The notes under the pieces were generated by a model that had not been told where the DNA came from, searched no databases, and was given only the letters and a program-made list of their open reading frames with translations. A stretch of DNA of 64,000 bases from Clostridia bacterium (lineage in GTDB: Bacteria; Bacillota; Clostridia; Oscillospirales; CAG-272): the NCBI GenBank assembly GCA_017451545.1, contig JAFTOB010000160.1:1-64000 (forward strand), given 5' to 3'. Of this stretch, positions 1 to 9,767 are shown one piece after another (the first letter of the stretch is position 1; each line of letters opens with the position of its first letter). The position numbers were made by a program, and so were the translations under genes.

Positions 1-315
1 CTCGAATATGTAGTTGAAATTTTTGATATAGCAATACTTGGGATTCCCCTTGAAGGGCGGCGGATTCGATATGTCGCCGTGCTCGTTTATAAGCGAGCAC
101 CAATGTGCGCTTGAGGAAGAATTGTAATTTTCTTTTATGTATTTCGTTTTGTCAACGGGAACCTTTTCGCCGCATACCAGATCTATCGGGCAAAAATTCG
201 GATCGTACTCAAAAAGCATATCGATAAAATCAACGTCCTCGGACACGAAATAAACTATGGGCTTTTTGCCGAATATAAAAGACAGCTGCTGTTTTACCTG
301 CTTTAACTGTGACAT
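1..315 (-). CDS. Hypothetical protein, N-terminal part only (gene runs off the left edge of the window)
   Basis: ATG at 313-315 on the minus strand. The frame is open to position 1 (MSQLKQVKQQLSFIFGKKPIVYFVSEDV...). No clear RBS. Not listed in the ORF track because there is no stop codon inside the window. Confidence 0.3.
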   Translation of the reverse strand, partial: MSQLKQVKQQLSFIFGKKPIVYFVSEDVDFIDMLFEYDPNFCPIDLVCGEKVPVDKTKYIKENYNSSSSAHWCSLINEHGDISNPPPFKGNPKYCYIKNFNYIFE

Positions 316-366
316 AATTTTTGCGTAAGCTTTGATAGCTTTCCTTTCAAAATTTATTTGGCGCGC

Positions 367-1077
367 TTATTCCTCGGAATGTATGGGCGGCTGATCGAAG
401 TTCAAAAGCACCTCATCCACCAGCATAAGAAGCTGATCGGGCTCCATTTCCTTTGCGTAGCCGTTCTTCAAGAAGAAGCGGACGATCACATCGGTCATAT
501 TATTGCACTGGAGAGTGTATCCCGCCACGTTCAAAAGGTACTCTGCATCCTCTTCGTCGAGATGCAAATAAAATACCATCTCAAGAAGGCGTTTTTTCGT
601 CGGAATAAAGCCCTTCTTGTATCTGTGCCAATATCTGTGGTCAATGCCCATCAGATTGTAAAAATCAGATACCTTTGCGTATCCCGATTCGAGGATGAAC
701 ACCACCAGCGTTTCGTAAAAGGTCATATCCGAGAGAGCGGCATCGAGAGCGTCGCCCACCATATCTATAACGTCATCGGGATCAACGGTAGAAATGAATG
801 CCGTCCCTGCCCTGTTTTGCAGGGCGTCACGCTTGCTCATAAGAAGCTGAAGCTCCTTTGAATCCGCATCAAACAGACCGCAAATGGCACTCCATGTGTC
901 TCCCTGCGCGTAAAGCAATATTCGGTGAAGCAGTGCGCTGTCTGCGCGCGCGTAGGAATTGACGGCCAGGGCCGATGCTACCTTGTAGCCCACGCTCTCG
1001 TTTTCGTTGCCTGCAAACTCTGAATCAACGAAGACACGGACACTTTCGAGCAATAATTCTTTATCAATGGCAGGCAT
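367..1077 (-). CDS. Hypothetical protein
   Basis: 243-aa ORF in the track. GGGAGG sits 7 nt upstream of the internal ATG (MPAIDKE...), so the start was trimmed to 1077. No recognisable family. Confidence 0.5.
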   Translation of the reverse strand: MPAIDKELLLESVRVFVDSEFAGNENESVGYKVASALAVNSYARADSALLHRILLYAQGDTWSAICGLFDADSKELQLLMSKRDALQNRAGTAFISTVDPDDVIDMVGDALDAALSDMTFYETLVVFILESGYAKVSDFYNLMGIDHRYWHRYKKGFIPTKKRLLEMVFYLHLDEEDAEYLLNVAGYTLQCNNMTDVIVRFFLKNGYAKEMEPDQLLMLVDEVLLNFDQPPIHSEE

Positions 1078-1281
1078 ATGCATTCCTCCCGAATCCAAAT
1101 GTTTTTATTATGTATGCAAATGTATATCTATATTGTAAATTATATCATATGTTTTTCCAAAAATCAACATCTATATATGTTTTGGTGCAATTTTTTGTGG
1201 TTTTTTTGAATCTTAATTCATTTTTATGTCATAAATTTTTGCGGAAGGTTCGGCAGATCAATTACCCGCGCAAAAAACAAG

Positions 1282-1330
1282 ATAAGCTCAAGGGACACCA
1301 ACCATAAGCAGGTAGGTGTCCCTTGGATTT
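1282..1330 (-). terminator. Rho-independent terminator after the 1339..3021 gene
   Basis: 11-bp perfect stem (caagggacacc / ggtgtcccttg) followed by a T-run on the minus strand. Confidence 0.5.
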
Positions 1331-1338
1331 TTCGACAA

Positions 1339-3021
1339 TCATGCCTTTGTGATTTCAATTTTTACGTCAAGAGTATTTTGTGAAGTTGCGATAAATACGC
1401 GGTAATGTCCGTTTCGGTTGGCGGCGATTTTGTTAAGATCAACAATTTTTCCGTTCGTAGTATATCTGCATATAAAGCCCTCGTAGGATACGGTCAGCGA
1501 ATGCTCCCCAACCGTAATTTTGGGGGACACCTCTCCGTCAAAGCAAAAGGCGGGAAGCGCATATCCTATCTCGCCGTCGCCCTCGACGGTGATCGACACG
1601 CCGCTCTCGTTTACCGTGTAATGCTCGCGGATGGTTCGGTTATCGGAAAATTTACACAGCAGGGTGGCCGACGCGCTCTCATTATCCGCGCCGTACTCCG
1701 ACACCTCGTATTTTGTGTCCCCGTCGGCACCGAGCAGCCAGCCGTCTTTCTCTCGGACAGCAGAGCACAAAGAAAAAGCAAAGGGCTTTTCGGTATCTAC
1801 CGTATAATCCGGCTCGGCGGGACAGGGGCAGGACAGGCAGACCGTCGACGGCGCACCCTCTCTGTGAACTCTGCCGAGGCCGTTTGCATCGTAAGAGGGA
1901 TCGGCATCCAGGTCAAATTCTATCGCGTAGCCACCGCTCTTTAAAAAGAGCTTGTGGAAATATTCGGTGGTATGGAAAGCCGCCGGCTCGTGATCGAGCG
2001 ATACCTCCGTCGGGATCGAATCATCGTGCAAAAGATATGCCGCGTACAGAAAGGAAGCGACCGTTATCATATATTTATCAAAGTACCCATAACCCTCACA
2101 GCCGTATTTCGTTTCTATCGGGAATCTGTTTTTGACATGGTGTATCGGCTGCTTGCCGATCCAATATTCTATGACATTCAAGGCCCGGGTGATAGCAGCT
2201 TTGAAAGCCTTTACAAGCTCTGTATTTCCTTCCTTTGCATATCTTCTTGCCTCGTACTCAAAAAGCATCATCAACCACGCTTCGTTATTCAAAAACTGGT
2301 TGCTCCGTCCGCCGAAGGGGATCTCTCCGTTTGGCGATTGCATCTTCAGGGTCATTAATGCGGCTTTTTTCAGATATCCGTCGATCTGATCGCGGTATTT
2401 GCCATCATACCCGAAGTGCAAAAGCAAGCAGCACAGCCCTCGGGTAACGATGTCATACATTACCGGCTGGTGGTTCACCGCATTCTTATTGTCCCGATAC
2501 ATCCCGTTTTCGTCAAACCATTGCATTTGCTGCTCAAGCAGTGAATCAATAAGCTCTGATGACTCACAAAGTCCTGCATTCTGACGGAAAAGCTCGCTGA
2601 GCGAAAGGAAGAAAGCCCAGTTTCGTGCTCGGTTTGAGAGCGCTTTTTCATAAGAATTATAGCATTTTTCGGGTTCGATGGCGGCAAGATCGCGCTTCCA
2701 AGCCGCAATAACTTCGGCATCGACCACCCCTGCCGCCTCAAGCTCCGCGATACAGCTCAGAACCTCGCGCACCGAAAATTCGTTTGCTGCGTGGACGTAT
2801 GGACGAAGAAACATTTTACAGCACACGTCCATCATCTCTACGAAGATCGGCAGAAGATCCTTTCGTCTGCCGTGGGCGATAAGAATTCCGATATTTGACG
2901 TCAGACGGGGGAAGCCGTGCTCGGTGAGACCGTTGGTCTTTACGTCATTCAAATAGCGCAAAATATGTTCATCAGTATAAGCGGAAAGCGCTTTTTCCAT
3001 TAATTCGATATATCGTTCTTT
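1339..3021 (-). CDS. Large soluble protein of unknown function; possibly an alpha/alpha-toroid polysaccharide lyase or glycoside hydrolase-like enzyme
   Basis: 570-aa ORF. AAGGAG sits 6 nt upstream of the ATG at 3021 (MKERYIELMEK). It is the first gene of a co-directional catabolic cluster. The family assignment is a guess from composition and context only. Confidence 0.55.
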   Translation of the reverse strand, partial: KERYIELMEKALSAYTDEHILRYLNDVKTNGLTEHGFPRLTSNIGILIAHGRRKDLLPIFVEMMDVCCKMFLRPYVHAANEFSVREVLSCIAELEAAGVVDAEVIAAWKRDLAAIEPEKCYNSYEKALSNRARNWAFFLSLSELFRQNAGLCESSELIDSLLEQQMQWFDENGMYRDNKNAVNHQPVMYDIVTRGLCCLLLHFGYDGKYRDQIDGYLKKAALMTLKMQSPNGEIPFGGRSNQFLNNEAWLMMLFEYEARRYAKEGNTELVKAFKAAITRALNVIEYWIGKQPIHHVKNRFPIETKYGCEGYGYFDKYMITVASFLYAAYLLHDDSIPTEVSLDHEPAAFHTTEYFHKLFLKSGGYAIEFDLDADPSYDANGLGRVHREGAPSTVCLSCPCPAEPDYTVDTEKPFAFSLCSAVREKDGWLLGADGDTKYEVSEYGADNESASATLLCKFSDNRTIREHYTVNESGVSITVEGDGEIGYALPAFCFDGEVSPKITVGEHSLTVSYEGFICRYTTNGKIVDLNKIAANRNGHYRVFIATSQNTLDVKIEITKA

Positions 3022-3034
3022 CATGATGTTCTCC

Positions 3035-4036
3035 TTATGCCATGGTTTCAAGCATTTTTTCTGTTACTTCATAGTGGCAGGGTTCTCCGCTCAGATACGC
3101 CCGACATTCGTCAAGCATATATTCTCCCATACGCGCCACCTCGTCACCCGCGCTTCCTGCGATATGGGGTGTCAGCAGGCAGTTTGGCAGAGTATAGAAC
3201 GGGTGATCCTCCTCGGGAGGCTCGGGATAGGTGACGTCGAGGAGAGCCGTCAGGTCGGGGCGCTCACGCAGAACGCGAACCAGATCGTCCTCAACCACCT
3301 GCGCGCCGCGCCCCGTGTTGATAAACACGGCGTTTTCCCTCATACGGCTGAAATGACCGTAATTCAGCATTCCCTGCGTTTGCGCGTTGTTCGCCAGATG
3401 ATTTGACACGGCGAAGGCGCGCTCAAACAGCTCATCGAGCTCGCATTTTTCGACGCCAAGCTCGGCGGCCACATCATCGGGCAAAAAGGGATCGAATACG
3501 ATGACCTTCAAATTGTATTGCTTCAGCATTTGAATGACGAGTTTACCTATCATTCCCGCGCCGATGATGCCGACGGTCTCGCCGTAATTTCCGCGTATCT
3601 CCCCGAATTTGTCACGCGCGGCCGTATATTCGCCCTTTGAAAAGAGGCGCGAGGTGAGAAAATAGCCCTTATTGGCAAGTATTATCTGCGCCACGGTCAT
3701 CTCGGCAACGGGCACGGCGTTTGCCGCCCACGCGGAAAATACCCTCACTCCGCAATTCAGAAAAGGACGGGCAAATTTTTGAACCGTTCCCGCACCGTAA
3801 AAGACGCATTTAAGCGACGGAAAGCACGCTTTTATTTCTTCTTCGGTAAAGCTCGGCATTCCCCAAGTCGAGAAAATAAATTCCACCTCCGAGAACAGGG
3901 GCGGCTCGGATAGAACTTCGGCCTTGGTATATACTTTCTTTTCGATATTCGTAAAGGTCTGCAGCTCGCAAACCGTTTTTTCACCGTAAACCTTGAATAT
4001 CTTATCGTCCTTTTCACAAAGAAATATTGCTCTCAT
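3035..4036 (-). CDS. D-isomer-specific 2-hydroxyacid dehydrogenase, NAD-binding
   Basis: GxGxxG Rossmann motif (GIIGAGMIGK) and conserved 2-hydroxyacid dehydrogenase catalytic-domain signatures (ALLDVTYPEPP, LTPHIAG). Confidence 0.8.
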   Translation of the reverse strand: MRAIFLCEKDDKIFKVYGEKTVCELQTFTNIEKKVYTKAEVLSEPPLFSEVEFIFSTWGMPSFTEEEIKACFPSLKCVFYGAGTVQKFARPFLNCGVRVFSAWAANAVPVAEMTVAQIILANKGYFLTSRLFSKGEYTAARDKFGEIRGNYGETVGIIGAGMIGKLVIQMLKQYNLKVIVFDPFLPDDVAAELGVEKCELDELFERAFAVSNHLANNAQTQGMLNYGHFSRMRENAVFINTGRGAQVVEDDLVRVLRERPDLTALLDVTYPEPPEEDHPFYTLPNCLLTPHIAGSAGDEVARMGEYMLDECRAYLSGEPCHYEVTEKMLETMA

Positions 4037-4794
4037 ATGTTTTCTCCAATAATGTTTTTCAGCGCGGCGGCCTCGCCCGCAAGCTCCTCGAGCGTTCCGT
4101 TCGGCATAAATTCAAGCAAAAGCGTGCGAGGGGCAAAAAATGCCTTTATATATTCCCGCCACTCGCAGGCGGCATCGGCAAGCGGGAGCTTTCGGTCGCC
4201 CTTCCAATTGAACACGTGAACGCACTCGGCAAAGGGTGCGATCTTTTTTGCGTTTTCAACATTCTGCTCGGCGCTCTGCCACTGAAAAGGCTGCCAATAC
4301 ATACGGAAATTCGGAGAATTTACCGTCTCCATAAGGTGCACCGCATCGTCGGGATCCTCGGTAAAGGTTCCTCTGTGGCACTCCATACAAAGTGTCACGC
4401 CGTTATTTTCTGCGATATCAGCCGCCCTTCGGCAGACCTCGAAAAAACCGTTTTTCTCTGCGTCGGTCATATCCTTGCCGCTTTTTCTTCCGCACCAGAG
4501 GCGGAGAATATCCGTGCCGAGCAGCTTTGCGGCTTGGATATAGTCCTCCAGTTCTTCTGCGGGCGTTTCGCCCAAGCGGAAATACGTGCCGTACGACGAG
4601 CAGGCTATGCCGTATTCCGCTTGCAGTGCGGCGATCTCACGGAGTCTTTCCGCGCCGCGGCAGGGCGCGTGGATATCACTTCCCCACTCAATGCAGGAAA
4701 GCCCCGCCGCCCGTGCCGCTTCTATTATCGTTCTTGGGTCGAGCTGTCGAAATGATACCGACACCAAGCCCGGATTATATTTGCTTTCTTTCAT
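4033..4794 (-). CDS. Sugar phosphate isomerase/epimerase (xylose-isomerase-like TIM barrel)
   Basis: AGGAG sits 7 nt upstream of the ATG at 4794 (MKESKYNP). AP-endonuclease-2/xylose-isomerase-like composition. Overlaps neighbouring genes, which suggests an operon. Confidence 0.65.
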   Translation of the reverse strand: MKESKYNPGLVSVSFRQLDPRTIIEAARAAGLSCIEWGSDIHAPCRGAERLREIAALQAEYGIACSSYGTYFRLGETPAEELEDYIQAAKLLGTDILRLWCGRKSGKDMTDAEKNGFFEVCRRAADIAENNGVTLCMECHRGTFTEDPDDAVHLMETVNSPNFRMYWQPFQWQSAEQNVENAKKIAPFAECVHVFNWKGDRKLPLADAACEWREYIKAFFAPRTLLLEFMPNGTLEELAGEAAALKNIIGENI

Positions 4795-6583
4795 TGTCCA
4801 TCTCCTGCTTCTTTCTTGCCAGCAGCTTTTCAAACCATAGCTCGGGCTCGGGCATTTTTGATACCTTTTCGATATGAGAGGCTGCTCCTTTTGTGAGGGT
4901 TCGTGTCTCTCGCTTTGCCACGCAGCTTACGGGCTTTCTGTCAACGAAGGCCGAGCCGTGTGTGCCGATCTCCTCGGCCGAGCAAAGCATTGCCGACAGA
5001 GTCGAGCGTTGGGTCAATATCATATCGTAAAGCCGGAAAAGCTCTGCTGTCTGAGATTTGTCCTCGATCAGAACGGTCTCAAAGAACTCATCGTACAGAC
5101 GGTCTGCCTTTCCAAGCAAAGCTCTCATACCCTCGGTGCTTCTGTCAAAGTCGGCAACTCGGCTCATCTCGGTCTGAAGCTCGTTTCTCATCCTTGCAAT
5201 ATTTGACTTACCGTATCTTACGGCAGGTGGCGTATAGATAGGCTTGGATGACGAGCGATCCTGCCTTTTTGCAATATGCTCGGCCGCGCGCAGACTGCCC
5301 ACCTGGGTGGAATTGAGGGCACTGCCGCCGGGGCGGTAAACGCCGAAGGTGCCTGCCGCCTCGCCGGCAACGTAGAGCCCGTCAACGTCACTTTGCCAAT
5401 TTCCGTCCACCGCAACGCCGCCGTTGCAGTGCTGTGCGCAAACGGCGATCTCCAGGGGCTCTTCGTACAGGTTGATCCCGTGGTCGGCGTAAAGCTCGAC
5501 AGCTCCCCTGTTCATTTTCGCAAGTCGCTCGATTGGCGTGCCGAAGAGCGCCCCCGAATTTTTAAGATATTCGTATGCTTCGTCGGGGAGAAGGAGAACG
5601 TCGAAACCGTTTTCAAGCCCCCTCGGATTTTTGTTAAAGTCGAGATATACTTTATTGCCCCGTTTGATCTGCTCGGCAACGAGAATATCGACCGCGGATG
5701 AGCCTTCTGTTTTTCTCGTGTCAAAGGGCCACTGATAGCCCTTGAGAAAAATGAGACCCAGCGAATCCGCGCCCAGACTGTCGTACAGAAATTCCTTTTC
5801 GTTTCCGTCCCTGTCAACCGAAATATAGCGCGGAAGCACCTGCTGATAGGTGCCCGACAGATTCCAACGGAATTTTGTGCTGGCAATTCCGTACTGCCAC
5901 TCCTCCATATTTGAAAGTGTAGCTCCCGCATCGATGGCAAGCCCCGTCGCCCCGTGCTGACTTTCGGGGTAGACCGTGTTTTTGTAGACGCAGGCAGGGC
6001 CGCCCGTGCAAAGCACGATGTTTTGGCAAGCGATGACCGAGCTCTCACCCGTTACCGTGTTCGCGCAGGCCACACCAGTGACCGAGTTGTCCTCGGTTAT
6101 TATTTTTATAACCCGCTCAAAATCAATGATCTCAATGCCCTTGGCGATTACCGAGCGTTCAAGCGCCTCGGTCATATATTTTGAGGTCAAAGGACCGCAG
6201 GAGGTGGCGCGGGTGCGTGGATCGTGGTCGGTCTTATACCCCGCGTATTCGCCAAATTCGTTGGTCGGGAACGGAACTCCAAGCTCAACGAGGCGCATAA
6301 AGCAACGGGTGGAATAGGCCGCCTCGCACAGCGCGTGCTCACCCATAACTCCGCCGCCCGAATAAAGCGTTTCCGCCATCTCGCGCACACTGTCTCCGTC
6401 GCCTCCGCAGAGCGACAGCTTATAATAGGTCTGCTTGTCGCTGCCCGTGTTCCGCGACGTACCCATAAAACGCCCCTCGGTGACAATGGCAATATCACGG
6501 ACTCCGAGGTCATAGAGGCGGTCGGCGGCATTAAAGCCCGCGCACCCCGTGCCGATTATCAAGGTATGGTACTGCTTTTTCAT
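4775..6583 (-). CDS. FAD-dependent oxidoreductase (FAD_binding_2; fumarate reductase/succinate dehydrogenase flavoprotein-like)
   Basis: N-terminal dinucleotide-binding motif (MKKQYHTLIIGTGCAGFNAA). The start at 6583 overlaps the stop of the upstream SDR gene (ATGA). Confidence 0.75.
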   Translation of the reverse strand: MKKQYHTLIIGTGCAGFNAADRLYDLGVRDIAIVTEGRFMGTSRNTGSDKQTYYKLSLCGGDGDSVREMAETLYSGGGVMGEHALCEAAYSTRCFMRLVELGVPFPTNEFGEYAGYKTDHDPRTRATSCGPLTSKYMTEALERSVIAKGIEIIDFERVIKIITEDNSVTGVACANTVTGESSVIACQNIVLCTGGPACVYKNTVYPESQHGATGLAIDAGATLSNMEEWQYGIASTKFRWNLSGTYQQVLPRYISVDRDGNEKEFLYDSLGADSLGLIFLKGYQWPFDTRKTEGSSAVDILVAEQIKRGNKVYLDFNKNPRGLENGFDVLLLPDEAYEYLKNSGALFGTPIERLAKMNRGAVELYADHGINLYEEPLEIAVCAQHCNGGVAVDGNWQSDVDGLYVAGEAAGTFGVYRPGGSALNSTQVGSLRAAEHIAKRQDRSSSKPIYTPPAVRYGKSNIARMRNELQTEMSRVADFDRSTEGMRALLGKADRLYDEFFETVLIEDKSQTAELFRLYDMILTQRSTLSAMLCSAEEIGTHGSAFVDRKPVSCVAKRETRTLTKGAASHIEKVSKMPEPELWFEKLLARKKQEMDNERKQI

Positions 6584-7311
6584 AGCTTCCTGATGTGCAT
6601 TCCGCCGTCGAGTATCAAGGACTCGCCCGTCATATAGCCGAGCGTGCCGTCGCAAAGGGCGACAACGGCTTTTGCCACGTCCTCGGGCGTTCCCCATCTG
6701 CCGAGAGGCACAAGCCCACCTGCGATAAGATCATCGTACTTTTCTTTCACCGCTGAGGTCATTCCTGTGGCGATGATACCGGGGCAGATCTCGTTTACCG
6801 TGATCCCCTCGGCGGCAAGTCTGTCGGCAAAGAGCTTGGTGATCATAGAAACCCCCGCCTTTGAGATGCAATACTCTCCACGGCTCGTCGAGCTGGTGTA
6901 CGCCGAGCAGGAGGAAATATTGACGATTGAACCGCCATTCCCTTGCTTGACCATCCTGTTTGCCACCGCCTGTGTCAAAAAGAGAGTTCCCTTGGTGTTG
7001 ATTCCCATAACGTAGTCGTAGCTCTCCTCGGTCATCTCTAAAATGTCGTTACGCACACGCGGAGCAACACCCGCCACGTTGACGAGAACCGCGACATCTC
7101 CCTTTTCGACGGCGGCGCAGAACAGCTTTTCCCTGTCCTCGGCCGAGGAAATATCCCCCGAAACGTAAGTAATATCGAGTCCGTCAAAATCCGAGAGGTC
7201 GGGATGCTCGCTCCGCCCCATTCCCACGACGGCATATCCCTTTTCGGCAAGCATAAGCGCGCTCGCCTTTCCGATGCCGCCCGCAATTCCGGTTACTATC
7301 GCAATTTTCAT
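6580..7311 (-). CDS. Short-chain dehydrogenase/reductase (SDR) family oxidoreductase
   Basis: TGIAGGIGKA glycine-rich motif and a YxxxK active-site region (CISKAG). AAGGAG sits 7 nt upstream. Confidence 0.8.
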   Translation of the reverse strand: MKIAIVTGIAGGIGKASALMLAEKGYAVVGMGRSEHPDLSDFDGLDITYVSGDISSAEDREKLFCAAVEKGDVAVLVNVAGVAPRVRNDILEMTEESYDYVMGINTKGTLFLTQAVANRMVKQGNGGSIVNISSCSAYTSSTSRGEYCISKAGVSMITKLFADRLAAEGITVNEICPGIIATGMTSAVKEKYDDLIAGGLVPLGRWGTPEDVAKAVVALCDGTLGYMTGESLILDGGMHIRKL

Positions 7312-8504
7312 TTTTGTATCTCCTTATAAAGCTCTCTGTAATATTCGTTGAATACCGCGCAGCCCGAGACCCGTCCCGCGCGCATCAGCTCGGTGCACCT
7401 GGAGCAGGCGAGACAGCATTTTTTCGGGTCAAACGCGCCGCGCAGGTGATCTCTGTAAAACTCGGGATATGCCAGCCACATTCTGCCGTAACCGACCAGA
7501 TCACATACACCCTCGCAAAGCTGACGCTCCGATTGCTCGATCAGCTCGTCCCGATAATATGAAAGCCCCGAGCCGACCACCGTGAGCGTCGGGAATTTTT
7601 CTTTGATATGCTTTTCTATGTATTCAAAGCGCAGAAGCCCCTCCTCCGCCGTTTCGGGAGGCAGATAGCCACCCTTTCTGTACGGGCGGTTGACGTGGGG
7701 ATTGTAATAGGGGTTGCCGACGGTCACGTTCAGCATTTGCAAGCCCGCGGCTACGAGCTTTTCAATAAGCATATCGGGCTCGGTGAGATCAAGCTCATTC
7801 CGTTCGTTCGTTCCGAAGCCGTAGGGCTTTCGGACCATATCCGAAACGCTGAGGCGGGTTGTCAAAAGAATATTATCGGGAATCGCATTTTTCACCGCGC
7901 AAACACAGTCAAGATACAGCCGCGTCCGATTTTCAAAGCTACCGCCGTACCTTCCGCCGCGATCAAACGCCGACAAAAGCTCCTGAAAAAGATAGCCGTG
8001 GCAGGATTTTACGTCAACTCCGTCAAAGCCCGCCTCCACCGCAAGACGCGCGGACGACACGTATTTTTTGGGAAGCGTGTCGAGATACTCGTCGCTTACG
8101 ATATTTTCATCTGTTAAGGGCCGTCTTTCTTCGTACAGGGGATTGCGGTAGGCGATCATCGGCAGAATGCTCTGCCGCCCCGAATGTGTGAGCTGTAAAA
8201 TAAAGGTCGGAGATATTCCGCATTCTTCCTTTGCGATCCTTCGCATTTGGCTCAAAAGCGCCTTGAAATGCGGAAGGTTGTCCGCCGTCAGCATCATGTG
8301 CCGAGGATTCGTTCTTCCCTCGGGACAGACCGCGTTGGCCTCAAACCAAACCGTTCCCGCGCCGCTTCTTGCCGCCTTTAAGTATTTTTCGACGGTCAAC
8401 TCGCTCGGGCTGCCGTCCGTATTGCAGTCGCAGCCCTCCATCGGCTGCAGGACCGCGCGGTTGTCTATCTTCCGTTTTCCTATGTAAATTGAGCTTTCGA
8501 TCAT
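7308..8504 (-). CDS. Old-Yellow-Enzyme-family NADH:flavin oxidoreductase (FMN TIM barrel; 2,4-dienoyl-CoA-reductase-like N-terminal domain)
   Basis: OYE-like motifs (HSGRQ, GFDGVDVKSCHGYLFQELLS) and a C-terminal Cys cluster. Confidence 0.8.
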   Translation of the reverse strand: MIESSIYIGKRKIDNRAVLQPMEGCDCNTDGSPSELTVEKYLKAARSGAGTVWFEANAVCPEGRTNPRHMMLTADNLPHFKALLSQMRRIAKEECGISPTFILQLTHSGRQSILPMIAYRNPLYEERRPLTDENIVSDEYLDTLPKKYVSSARLAVEAGFDGVDVKSCHGYLFQELLSAFDRGGRYGGSFENRTRLYLDCVCAVKNAIPDNILLTTRLSVSDMVRKPYGFGTNERNELDLTEPDMLIEKLVAAGLQMLNVTVGNPYYNPHVNRPYRKGGYLPPETAEEGLLRFEYIEKHIKEKFPTLTVVGSGLSYYRDELIEQSERQLCEGVCDLVGYGRMWLAYPEFYRDHLRGAFDPKKCCLACSRCTELMRAGRVSGCAVFNEYYRELYKEIQK

Positions 8505-8637
8505 CCGATAATATCCCTTTCCGTATCATATGCTTTGATTATATCATTAAATAAAAGATATGTATATTATTATTTTTGCATTTAACATTGCTTTTCTTGC
8601 AAAAATATGGTATAATATACCCGAAGGCGGTGATTTT

Positions 8638-9387
8638 GTGACTTATGAATTTAATACAAAGGATTTTGAAATCGAATATATTGAAAGCGAGACCGCGCAT
8701 TCGGTTTTGTGGGAGCGCCATTGCCACGCGAAATACGAGATGATCGCGGTGGCCGAGGGCGATATTACCGTGACGCTTGAAGGGCAAAATTATCGCCTGC
8801 AGAAAAATCAGATCATCATTATTCCTCCGCTTCTCTATCATTCGGTCAGAGCAAACGGTGAGGGAAGCTATAAAAGAATTACGGCGCTGTTCTCTGCCGA
8901 TGCGATCCCCTGCGTTTTGCGCGAGGATTTTGCAAAGCAGGAAAGAAACACGGCCGTCCATACCTCCCGCATAGAAAAGATCAAAGAGATATGTCAAAAG
9001 GAAGATGCGGCGTTTTTCGCTCCGTTGCTTCAAAGTCTGATGACAGAGATATTTTACGATGCCTTCATGATGCCGCAGGATCGCACGAAAGCCGAGACCG
9101 ACGAGTTTTTGCGAAAGACCTTTGAGTATATCGATATGCACCTGCACGAAAAGATCCTGCTTGACGATCTTGCCAGGTATACTGCGAGATCAAAGTCCTC
9201 CTTTTGCCATCTGTTTGAGTCGAAAATGAATATTTCACCAAAGCAGTATATACTGCAAAAAAAGCTCGCTCTGGCGAGCAAGCTGATTGACGAGGGCGTA
9301 CCCCACACCGCGGCGGCAATGCAGGTGGGATACGAAAATTACAGCAATTTCTACCGACTGTACCGCAAAAATGCCGAAAAGCTCTGA
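8638..9387 (+). CDS. AraC-family transcriptional regulator with an N-terminal cupin sensor domain
   Basis: C-terminal AraC HTH (KQYILQKKLALASKLIDEGVPHTAAAMQVGYENYSNFYRLYRKN). It is divergent from the catabolic cluster. The start is taken as GTG 8638 after GAAGGCGG; the track's ATG at 8560 lies in AT-rich promoter DNA. Confidence 0.7.
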   Translation: MTYEFNTKDFEIEYIESETAHSVLWERHCHAKYEMIAVAEGDITVTLEGQNYRLQKNQIIIIPPLLYHSVRANGEGSYKRITALFSADAIPCVLREDFAKQERNTAVHTSRIEKIKEICQKEDAAFFAPLLQSLMTEIFYDAFMMPQDRTKAETDEFLRKTFEYIDMHLHEKILLDDLARYTARSKSSFCHLFESKMNISPKQYILQKKLALASKLIDEGVPHTAAAMQVGYENYSNFYRLYRKNAEKL

Positions 9388-9447
9388 TACCAAAAATTGT
9401 TTATTAAAAGTTTTTGCTTTTCTCTATAGAATTTTTGAGTACTATAA

Positions 9448-9483
9448 AGGAAACAAGCGCCCCTGCGGGGACGCTTGTTTCCT
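9448..9483. terminator. Strong hairpin between araC and the repeat region
   Basis: 13-bp perfect stem (aaggaaacaagcg...cgcttgtttcctt). Confidence 0.35.
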
Positions 9484-9484
9484 T

Positions 9485-9632
9485 ATTGCGAAAGCAGATA
9501 CAGCCTGCGGCTGATAAGATACACGCTTCGCGTGATGATATACGCCTTGCGGCGATGATATGCCATTGCTTTCGCAATGGATAAAAAATCGACAGGTCGA
9601 AACCTGTCGATTTTTGGTGCGGGTAAAAGGAC
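9485..9632. repeat. 148-bp direct repeat, copy A
   Basis: One mismatch against copy B at 9768..9915. Contains internal inverted repeats, a hairpin plus T-run (9588-9615), and then the last 18 nt of a tRNA-Leu 3' end (tggtgcgggtaaaaggac). Confidence 0.85.
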
Positions 9633-9767
9633 ATTTGAACTGCAGCGGCTCGCGCTGCGGCAAGAATGGTTTGGCTTTGTTTTTTTATTATCAATCACGG
9701 CGAAGCCGTGTATATCATCAAGACGGAGTCTTGCATATCATCAATTCCGAAGGAATTGCATATCATC

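Noticed and set aside
8560-8637. Upstream ATG start for the AraC regulator (track start 8560)
   Set aside because: It lies in AT-rich divergent-promoter DNA and encodes a hydrophobic MYIIIFAF leader with no RBS. GTG 8638 follows GAAGGCGG and begins the conserved cupin domain. This remains uncertain.
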